From contig CAWVUN010000001.1 of NCBI GenBank assembly GCA_963932495.1, positions 1-26,703 on the forward strand: a DNA stretch of 26,703 bases. Direction: 5' to 3'. Positions 11,598 through 19,310 of the stretch are shown here, one piece after another. Under the pieces are notes generated by a model. That model did no database searches and was not told where the DNA came from. It was given only the letters and a program-made list of their open reading frames with translations. The position numbers and the translations under genes were made by a program. Source of the DNA: an uncultured bacterium. GTDB taxonomy: Bacteria > Nitrospinota > Nitrospinia > Nitrospinales > JAJDAT01. Position 1 is the first letter of the stretch; the number at the start of each line of letters is the position of its first letter.

Positions 11598-12602
11598 TTA
11601 GATTTTCTCAGCATAATCTAACGCTTCTCGAATTCTTAACCACACCATTTCCTCGGTAATCTCCAAAAAAGAATTTAATTTTTCGTTTTGCGAGGGAGGC
11701 AAATGCGCTTTAAATCCAGGTGAAAGAATCAAAAAGCAATTTTCATCTTTTTGATTAGGAGGACCGCTATAATCAGGATGGGTAGAACCAAATAACGCAA
11801 CTGTCGGAATACGCTGAGCAAAGGCTAAATGCATTGGTCCCGTATCTGAAGTAATTGTCAATCGAGATTGACCAATAACGTTGGCATCAGCCACAAGGGA
11901 TAAGTGCCTTGAACAAAGAACTCGTTTCGTATTAAATCTTCTAACTAAAAACTCTACCCAATCTCCTTCGGTTGGCCCCGCTCCAACAACAACACTAAAA
12001 GAAGTTTCATCTAGTATTCGTTCGATAATTCGCGAAAACCGCTCAACTGGCCATCTTCTAGTTTCTGAGGATGCTCCAACATTCACATAAATATATCGCT
12101 TTGACTCTAATCCTGATTTTTCGAAAAAAAATCCGCTTTCGTTTTTCGCCTCGTCGCCTAATATCAAGTCCATTTGTTTGCCGTCAGGCCTCACCCCAAT
12201 TTCTTGCACCAACCGAAGTCTCTTTTGAATGCCATGAACTGGACCATCTAAGACAATACGGCGATCATCTTGAATCCATAGAAAGTTTTGCGAGCTCCAA
12301 ATCTCATCAAAATTGATATATTTTTGAACTCTAAAAAAACCTTTATTCGCGTGAAAAATTAAAACCCGATTAAAATAATACTTTCTAAGTTCCCAAATAG
12401 TTTTCCATTGGCGGTACCATTTCTCTTGATAATCAAAAACACGGTTTAAGTATGGGTTATTTTTAAATAAAGGAACCCAAGGAGTTTTAGTTAAAAAATC
12501 AATGGAAACGTCAGGAAAAGTTTTTTTAAGAGCCCTTATCGCTGGAGTGGCCCAAAGGGAATCACCCATACCAGTTACGCTAACAATCAAAATCGATTTC
12601 AT
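11598..12602 (-). CDS. Glycosyltransferase family 9 (LPS heptosyltransferase-like)
   Basis: GMGDSLWATPAIRALK, RRWPVERF, TSDTGPMHLAFAQRIPTVALFG. Confidence 0.92.
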   Translation of the reverse strand: MKSILIVSVTGMGDSLWATPAIRALKKTFPDVSIDFLTKTPWVPLFKNNPYLNRVFDYQEKWYRQWKTIWELRKYYFNRVLIFHANKGFFRVQKYINFDEIWSSQNFLWIQDDRRIVLDGPVHGIQKRLRLVQEIGVRPDGKQMDLILGDEAKNESGFFFEKSGLESKRYIYVNVGASSETRRWPVERFSRIIERILDETSFSVVVGAGPTEGDWVEFLVRRFNTKRVLCSRHLSLVADANVIGQSRLTITSDTGPMHLAFAQRIPTVALFGSTHPDYSGPPNQKDENCFLILSPGFKAHLPPSQNEKLNSFLEITEEMVWLRIREALDYAEKI

Positions 12603-12613
12603 ATTTTTTTTAA

Positions 12614-13699
12614 CTATTCAGTTTTTGATCTCTCGGGAATAACCACATCCAACCCCAAGATTTTCTCTATCCCAGCAAGTACTTCTTCTGCTGAAATCAA
12701 ACGTTTGCATTCCGAGTCCCCCTTAAAACACTCTTCTTTACGGGAGGAAAGATCGCAAGGGGAACATTCTAGTTGCTTATAAAACACAAGATGAGGTTCA
12801 ACTTGAGGGACCCAACGGTCTGGGGCAACGGGTCCAAACAATGCGAAAACAGGGACACCTAAAGCGGCTCCCATATGCATCGGACCGCCATTATGAGTCA
12901 ATAAGAACTTCGCCTGTCGCGTTGCGGCTGCAAATTCCCTCAGAGTTGTTTGGAGTGCTCGGGCGGGTGTTTTCATATATTTTAATACTTCTCTAACTTG
13001 GCTAGCTTCTGAAGGGGCAAAATCAAACAATACCTGAATATCATGTTTTGTTTGGATAGTATCTGCAATCTCAGCAAACTTCTCCGGTTGCCACTGATTA
13101 TGTATAGAGTCCACTCCGGGATGAACCACGGCAAAAGATTTTTCTGGATTGACTCCAACTTGCTGAATTTTTTCTCTAACCGCATGTAGCTCCTCATCTA
13201 GCAAAAAGATTTGAGGAGTTTGAGAGCGAATTTTAAGTCCAAGCAATTCTATCATCCTCAATTGAAACTCAACGGCAAGTACAGAACGATCAAAAACAGG
13301 ATCTACTCGCACATTATAAAAACGGGCTCGACGACTGCGGGCCAAACCCACTTTAAATTTCGCTCCCGAAAGTGCTGTAATTAAAGAACTTCTCGGTCCT
13401 CCATGCATATCAATCACTAAATGATAATCATTCTTTCTGATACGCTTTAACAAACCAAGCCATTCAATAAACCCTTTCCAACCTCCACGTTTAGAAAACT
13501 TTAATATCTCGTTTAAATTTGGATTGTTTCGAACAATTTGATCGCAAGGAGTCATCGCTAAATAATCAAGCGAGCAATCTGGATAATTATCTTTAATAAT
13601 AGGAATAACAGCAGTATTTAAAGTAACGTCTCCAATTGATTTTAAACGGATTAATAATATCTTTGCTTTTTCAGGAAGATATTCTGGCTTAAACTTCAT
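12614..13699 (-). CDS. Glycosyltransferase family 9 (WaaF/WaaQ-like heptosyltransferase)
   Basis: LLIRLKSIGDV, VIDMHGGPRS, VHPG...QWQPEKFA, HNGGPMHMGAALGVPVFALFGP, CSPC. Confidence 0.92.
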   Translation of the reverse strand: MKFKPEYLPEKAKILLIRLKSIGDVTLNTAVIPIIKDNYPDCSLDYLAMTPCDQIVRNNPNLNEILKFSKRGGWKGFIEWLGLLKRIRKNDYHLVIDMHGGPRSSLITALSGAKFKVGLARSRRARFYNVRVDPVFDRSVLAVEFQLRMIELLGLKIRSQTPQIFLLDEELHAVREKIQQVGVNPEKSFAVVHPGVDSIHNQWQPEKFAEIADTIQTKHDIQVLFDFAPSEASQVREVLKYMKTPARALQTTLREFAAATRQAKFLLTHNGGPMHMGAALGVPVFALFGPVAPDRWVPQVEPHLVFYKQLECSPCDLSSRKEECFKGDSECKRLISAEEVLAGIEKILGLDVVIPERSKTE

Positions 13700-13840
13700 A
13701 TACTGAGTCTTTTAATTAAAATCTATGACTTATATTTATAAAACCTATCTATCAATTAAAGACATCGAATCGACAGGACACGATGGATATGCTAGATTAT
13801 TTTGCCATCCCAATCAACTGGACGATTAGGAAAATATATT

Positions 13841-14965
13841 TTGGATTCGTTTCATCTGCTCCATTCCGAGGCAGCCACCGGCTGGGGCGGCCAAGAAATT
13901 CGTATTTACCAAGAAAGCCAAGCTTTGATCAAAAGAGGCTATCAGGTTTCCGTCATTACCCAACCTGGAAGTCCGCTTGCCCTAAAATGTGCAGAGCTTA
14001 ACCATCCTAAACTCTCCGTTTATCCTGTGGCGATGACCGCTTCTTGGAGTTTGTTCGATTTTTTATCAATTTATAGAATTATCAAAAGAATAAAACCCGA
14101 CATTGTTCATACCCACAGCTCTATAGATAGCTGGTTAGTTTCTTTCTGCGGTAAAGCTCTAAATCTTCCTATAGTGCGGAGTCGACATGTATCTATTCCA
14201 GTAAAAAATTACTTTCCTAAAAATGTGGTTTATTCTTATTTTCCAGATAAAATTATTGCAAGCGGTGAAACTACAAGAAAAATGATGGCCAACATCTCAG
14301 GGGTTGAAGATATTAATACTTTCTCTGTACCAGCTGGAGTTGACATGGAACGCTTCAACTTAAAAATTTCTCCTAAAAAATTTAAAGAAGAAATTAAACA
14401 AAACCCAAATCATCCGTTAATTGGAAAAATCGGCGTTATTAGGGGATGGAAAGGTCACGATTATTTTTTGGAAGCTGCGCCTATTATTTTGAAAAAATAT
14501 CCAGATGCGAGATTTGTGATCGCTGGCTCCGGTCCTGGGTTTGATGAAATTTCTAGAAAATTAAATGAAAGAGACCTAGATAAAGCAATTTATATGTTAG
14601 GGCATCGAGAAGATATTCCAGAAATCATTGCTGCATTGGATGTACTAGTTTTAGCGTCTATAGGAGGGGAAGCAACATCGCAAGTAATTCCTCAAGCATT
14701 TGCAATGAAAACTCCTGTTGTCGGAACTCGCGCTGGAGGCATTCCAGAAATACTAGGGAATGGAGACCGAGGGCTGATTGCCGAACCCAAAGATGGCTCC
14801 GATTTGGCGGAAAAAATCATTACTCTTCTAAAAAACCCTGAGATGAGTAAAAACCTATCGGAAAAAGCTTATGCATTTTGCAAGGAAACATTGACCTTTG
14901 AAAGCCATATTGACAAAACTTTAGAGGTGTATCAAAAAGCGTTAGAAGGTTGCAAGTTAAAGTGA
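13841..14965 (+). CDS. Glycosyltransferase family 4
   Basis: HSEAATGWGGQEIR, HTHSSIDSW, RGWKGH, AFAMKTPVVGTRAGGIPE. Start placed at TTG 13841 behind AGGA; the ORF track starts at 13802. Confidence 0.9.
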   Translation: MDSFHLLHSEAATGWGGQEIRIYQESQALIKRGYQVSVITQPGSPLALKCAELNHPKLSVYPVAMTASWSLFDFLSIYRIIKRIKPDIVHTHSSIDSWLVSFCGKALNLPIVRSRHVSIPVKNYFPKNVVYSYFPDKIIASGETTRKMMANISGVEDINTFSVPAGVDMERFNLKISPKKFKEEIKQNPNHPLIGKIGVIRGWKGHDYFLEAAPIILKKYPDARFVIAGSGPGFDEISRKLNERDLDKAIYMLGHREDIPEIIAALDVLVLASIGGEATSQVIPQAFAMKTPVVGTRAGGIPEILGNGDRGLIAEPKDGSDLAEKIITLLKNPEMSKNLSEKAYAFCKETLTFESHIDKTLEVYQKALEGCKLK

Positions 14966-16038
14966 AGATTACTTTTATTCTGCCTCATGTAAGGATCAGT
15001 GGAGGCGTTAAAGCGCTGTTAGAATACGCCAATCGGCTAGTATCGTTAGGTGCTGAAACTCAGATCATTGTCCCAGAGAAACCTTTAAAATGGTATCGTT
15101 TTCTAGATACCATGGCTAGAAATAAAACAGGAGCTGTTTCTATTGATCCTGAATCGATAGACTGGTTTTCAAACAAAGTTCCCATCTTAAAAGTTCCGGC
15201 CATCAAAGATTCAACAATGCCAAACTCTGACATTTTAGTAGCATCCTCCTGGGAAACTGCCTATGCAGCAGAAAAACTTTCTCTAATTAAAGGACGTAAA
15301 TTTTATTTTGTTCAACATTACGAGACCCTCTGGACAAGAAAAAAGGAAGACTCCGAGAAAACTTATCAAATGGATTTTGAAAAAATAGTTATTTCCGATT
15401 GGTTAAAATCTATTTTGTCTGAAAATTTTTCCCAACCTTCAGAAGTTTTAGTAACTCCAATTGACAAAACTCAATTTGTCCAAAAAGAAAAAAAATGGAA
15501 TACACCCCCTAAAATATGCCTTATGCATCATGATTACGATTGGAAAGGTTACGACGATGGTATCAACTCAGTCCGCAATGCTTTAAACCAAAATCTTAAA
15601 TTGGATTTAACTGTTTTTGGGGAAAAATTAAAAGATCCTGCTCCACTATTAAAAAACGCCGGGTTTGACTTTGAATATTGTTACCGCCCTACGGGGAATG
15701 CCGTTCGAGATCTATTTTTTAACTGTGATATTTATCTTTGCCCAAGTTGGTATGAGGGACTGGGTATGCCCGCTATGGAGGCTATGGCTTCACGCTGCGC
15801 TTTAGTCACTACGGATACGGGAGGTTCTAGAAATTACGCTATCCACGATCAAACAGCGTTGGTTTCTCCGCCTAAAGATCCCCAAGCATTATCTAAAAAT
15901 CTTGTCGAACTTATTAAAAATATCGAACTGAGAAAAAATATTTCGGAGAATGGATATCAAAAAATTAAAGAATTTAGCTGGGATACAAACTGCCAAAAGT
16001 TATTTAAAGTTTTTCAAAGCCCTAAACAGAAAAAATGA
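14962..16038 (+). CDS. Glycosyltransferase family 4
   Basis: SGGVKAL, YFVQHYE, PSWYEGLGMPAMEAMASRC. GTG 14962 overlaps the upstream TGA (GTGA), consistent with translational coupling. Confidence 0.9.
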   Translation: MKITFILPHVRISGGVKALLEYANRLVSLGAETQIIVPEKPLKWYRFLDTMARNKTGAVSIDPESIDWFSNKVPILKVPAIKDSTMPNSDILVASSWETAYAAEKLSLIKGRKFYFVQHYETLWTRKKEDSEKTYQMDFEKIVISDWLKSILSENFSQPSEVLVTPIDKTQFVQKEKKWNTPPKICLMHHDYDWKGYDDGINSVRNALNQNLKLDLTVFGEKLKDPAPLLKNAGFDFEYCYRPTGNAVRDLFFNCDIYLCPSWYEGLGMPAMEAMASRCALVTTDTGGSRNYAIHDQTALVSPPKDPQALSKNLVELIKNIELRKNISENGYQKIKEFSWDTNCQKLFKVFQSPKQKK

Positions 16039-17174
16039 AAATTGCAATCATCCGACAAAAATACGCCCCCTATGGAGGTGCTGAAAAATTTTCAGAACAG
16101 TTTATCGAACGCTTAGCCCAGTTGGGATATGAGGTTCACATTTTTGCTAGAGAATGGAAAGAGTCGGGACATCCAAACGTCTTTTTTAATAAGATCGCTG
16201 TTAATTCTAAATCATCCACTTTACGACTCCTTGAGTTCAATCAAGAAGTTGAACGCGTACTCTCGAGTCATTCTTTCGATTTAATTCAAAGCCACGAAAG
16301 AACAACATGCCAGGATATTTATAGAGCTGGCGATGGATGCCATAAGGAATGGCTAGTTCAACGTAAAAAATATTATCCCATAAAAGGTTGGCTAAGCTTT
16401 CTTAATCCCTTCCATTGGGCTGTTCTCAAAATTGAAAGAGAAATATTTACTCCAGAAAATTATAAAAAAATAATTGCCATTTCCAAAATGGTGAAAAAAG
16501 ATATCCAGTACCATTACAAGTTAGCCGATAAGGATATTACTGTTGTATATAACGGAGTCGCATTACAACGATTTCACCCTAGCAGCCGGTCCGATAATTA
16601 TAGATACATTCGGCAAAAACTGGATATTCCACCCAACGCTTTATCCATTTTGACTGTTGGGTCTGGTTTTGAAAGAAAAGGACTAAAGTTTTTAATCAAA
16701 TCTTTAAAATATTTAGAAGCTAAAGACTGGAGACTCGTTGTAATAGGCAGAGGTAACTGGAGCAAATACCGACGCTATGTTTCATGGAAAAACCGAAATA
16801 AACTAATTTATATTCCTCCTCCAGTAGAAAGTTTAGAAAAATATTACGCTGCCGCCGACATATTCGCCCTACCTTCGCTTTACGAACCCTTTGGAAATGC
16901 CAACTTAGAGGCACTTGCCTCAGGTTTACCCATCGTCACTAGTAAAACAAGCGGAGCTTCGGAACTTATAACCCATAAACTTAATGGAATGGTGGTACAA
17001 AATCCTGGGGATAAACTCGAAATTGCCGCACATATAAATTACCTCAACGACAAATCAATTCGAGAATCTATGGGAAGGCAAGCGAGAAAAGTTGCAGAAG
17101 AGTATTCTCAAGAAAAAAATATTGAAAAAATGGTAAGACTATATAAGAATTTAGAGCTGGATCCTTCAAAATAG
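16035..17174 (+). CDS. Glycosyltransferase family 4, WaaG-like LPS core glucosyltransferase
   Basis: KYAPYGGAE, SHER...DIYRAGDG, GSGFERKGL, PSLYEPFGNANLEALASGLP; ATGA overlap with the previous gene. Confidence 0.88.
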   Translation: MKIAIIRQKYAPYGGAEKFSEQFIERLAQLGYEVHIFAREWKESGHPNVFFNKIAVNSKSSTLRLLEFNQEVERVLSSHSFDLIQSHERTTCQDIYRAGDGCHKEWLVQRKKYYPIKGWLSFLNPFHWAVLKIEREIFTPENYKKIIAISKMVKKDIQYHYKLADKDITVVYNGVALQRFHPSSRSDNYRYIRQKLDIPPNALSILTVGSGFERKGLKFLIKSLKYLEAKDWRLVVIGRGNWSKYRRYVSWKNRNKLIYIPPPVESLEKYYAAADIFALPSLYEPFGNANLEALASGLPIVTSKTSGASELITHKLNGMVVQNPGDKLEIAAHINYLNDKSIRESMGRQARKVAEEYSQEKNIEKMVRLYKNLELDPSK

Positions 17175-17316
17175 ATTAGATTCAAATTCCCTAAACATCT
17201 ATAAGTAGTCACATTAGCTTGATAAATTCTAACAGTCTTCTTTTGATTTTTGTTTTATACTCCAAAATATTAAATCAAACCTTGAATTTGATAGTCCAAT
17301 ATCTATTCAAAAACTT

Positions 17317-18023
17317 ATGAAAGTATTAATTACTGGAGCAACCGGCTTTTTAGGACCCTATTTATTACCGAAACTGAAAAACTCCGGGCACACTAGCAAA
17401 TCAATTGGACAAGCCTTGTTGGCTAAGTATCTCAGCATTTGTCCTTAAACTCGCTTTAGGAGAAATGTCAAAACTTTTATTAGAAAGCAAAAATATTTCA
17501 TGTCAAAAAATTCAGGATGCTGGTTTCTTATTTAAATATCCAGATATAGACACCGCTTTCAATGAAATAAATTCAATCCAAAATCATTAAATTCAAACGG
17601 AACAATAGGTCCCGCAGAATATTGATTTCGTCTTTAAGTTTTTTAGTAATTTTTATAATTTAGAAAAAATAACTCCACCTTTTTTAAAATTCAAAATAAA
17701 CCGGCAATCTACTTTAAAAATCAGAAGAGGACTCGCGCATCATACTCTTTCGGATTTCATGGAATGCCCATTAGATGGGAATCAAAAATACTCGAATGGA
17801 ATCCGCCTTTCAAATTTATAGATGTCCAACAAAAAGGACCATTTGATTTTTGGCGACACACACATAGTTTTGAAGAAATGAATGGAGGGGTTCTGATCAT
17901 GATTCTGTTGAATATAAACTACCTTTTAGTGCATTTGGCGAGTTACTAGGACATACTTTTATAAAAAGTGAATTGAAAAAAATTTTATTTTTCGGTTTAA
18001 ATCAATGCGAAAATTTTTCTTAA
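17317..18023 (+). pseudogene. Decayed TIGR01777-family NAD-binding epimerase with downstream (probably fused) SRPBCC domain
   Basis: MKVLITGATGFLG (Rossmann start, ATG 17317) is joined near 17390 to the C-terminal DUF1731-like part (LKLALGEMSKLLL...AGFLFKYP). After TAA 17588 and TAG 17606 the same frame continues as SRPBCC (FFSNFYNLEKITPP / MPIRWESKI...QKGPFDFWRHTHSF / DSVEYKLP), with frameshifts near 17735 and 17898. Confidence 0.85.
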
Positions 18024-18139
18024 AAATAAAACATTGATTTATTTTATTCTCTATAGGTCACTTGTCTCATATTTTCTATTAAATTCACATTTCGTCGGTC
18101 TTCTTTTGGTTTTAAAAATGATATACAATAACATAAAAA

Positions 18140-18156
18140 GTGACAACAATTGTCAC
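18140..18156. promoter_or_regulatory. Inverted repeat; candidate upstream activator site for a sigma54 enhancer-binding protein
   Basis: GTGACAA-CAA-TTGTCAC has perfect 7-bp arms and lies about 100 nt upstream of the GG-N10-GC element in front of the pilin. Confidence 0.5.
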
Positions 18157-18254
18157 CCCTAACAATTATTAGAAATTAATAGCTTGTCTTTTTTCACTAA
18201 AAACCATACACCCTTATAAGCTAGGGGGATATTATCGGAAAATTAGGGTAAATG

Positions 18255-18270
18255 CGGTGCTATTGTTGCT
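18255..18270 (+). promoter_or_regulatory. Candidate sigma54 -24/-12 promoter of the pilin gene
   Basis: CGGTGCTATTGTTGCT: GG at 18256-57, 10-nt spacer, TTGCT. It ends 36 nt before the ATG; GGAG RBS at 18299-18302. Confidence 0.6.
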
Positions 18271-18306
18271 TTAAAATAATAAATCAATTTTTTTACTGGG
18301 AGAAAA

Positions 18307-18687
18307 ATGATGAGATCAAAGTTAGACTCAATTAAAAATACTAAGGGCTTTACCCTTATTGAATTATTAATTGTTGTTGCGATTATTGGAATTTTGGCGG
18401 CAATTGCAATTCCACAATTTACCCAATATAAAGAAAGAACTTATAACTCAAATTCCAAGGCAGATTTACATAATATTTATTTAGCTTGTAAAGCCTATTG
18501 GTCAGATAACACTTCAAGTGCAGCTTGCTCTAGGGCTGCTGTAGCTGAAGCAACTTATGGTTATAATCAAGGCGAGAATGTTACTATAGCCATTACTAAT
18601 GCCAATGAGAGTGATTTTTCAGCAACAGCTCAACATAGTAGCAGTAACACTATTTTCACGATTGATAGCTCAGGTAATATTAATTAA
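18307..18687 (+). CDS. pilA: Type IVa major pilin
   Basis: Class III signal KG|FTLIELLIVVAIIGILAAIAIPQF with E5; short basic leader; 112-aa mature protein. Confidence 0.9.
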   Translation: MMRSKLDSIKNTKGFTLIELLIVVAIIGILAAIAIPQFTQYKERTYNSNSKADLHNIYLACKAYWSDNTSSAACSRAAVAEATYGYNQGENVTIAITNANESDFSATAQHSSSNTIFTIDSSGNIN

Positions 18688-18697
18688 TTCTATTTTT

Positions 18698-18734
18698 AAA
18701 AAGCCATTCCCCTTTATGGGGAATGGCTTTTTTT
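18698..18734. terminator. Rho-independent terminator, probably bidirectional
   Basis: AAAAAGCCATTCCCC-TTTAT-GGGGAATGGCTTTTT(TT): perfect 15-bp stem with A/T tracts on both sides, 10 nt after the pilin stop. Confidence 0.92.
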
Positions 18735-18736
18735 AT

Positions 18737-19105
18737 TCAAATTCTAGGAGGTAACGTATAGGATTCTGCAATCATAACAATCTGATCTTTATTTATTGCT
18801 AAAAAATCAGTTGGTTTTGAGAAATCTTTGTTAAATCCTATAAATCTAAATCTGCAGAATAGATATTTTGAGCTCCTGACAGGCGAATATCCTCGCTAGA
18901 AATGACATAAACAGCCGCCGCTTCAAATGAACTCTCTTTTCGCTTAGAAAATGAGAAAATTGATATATCGATCAAACTTTACAAGCTCATTTCCCTTAAA
19001 TTTTTGAGACTCTTTTTCAATTGCTCGATGTCATATCCAAAAGCCTGGATATCCATAGAAAATAAAAAAAGAATACTGAAAATTAAGTTTTTACGTTGAA
19101 AACAT
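18737..19105 (-). pseudogene. Remnant of a TonB-dependent receptor (signal peptide plus start of plug domain)
   Basis: Manual minus-strand translation: M(fs)FQRKNLIFSILFLFSMDIQAFG...LREMSL*SLIDISIFSFSKRKESSFEAAAVYVISSEDIRLSGAQNI, matching the LxxLSLExLM...VTSVSKxxE...EAxAAVYVIxxEDIRRSG plug pattern. Stops at 18979 and 18838; no barrel domain. Confidence 0.7.
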
Positions 19106-19310
19106 TGGGCTATCAAAATCTAAAAAAGGTTGGTATTATGAGAAAATTAAATTAAAAACCCAACAGTTTTTCCAAGCTTTATTTAATTGCTCAAGGTTTT
19201 TCTAAGGTTGCAATATTAATATACATGCTTACCTATAACACAATAAAATTTCTTTTATTGAAAGCTTAGTAGAATTTTCAACTACTAGTTTCCGGTTAAT
19301 TACGAAAAAA

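Noticed and set aside
19106-19200. Fur box upstream of the TonB remnant; Zur box at 10110-10200
   Set aside because: Only partial AT-rich resemblance, without a proper palindrome.
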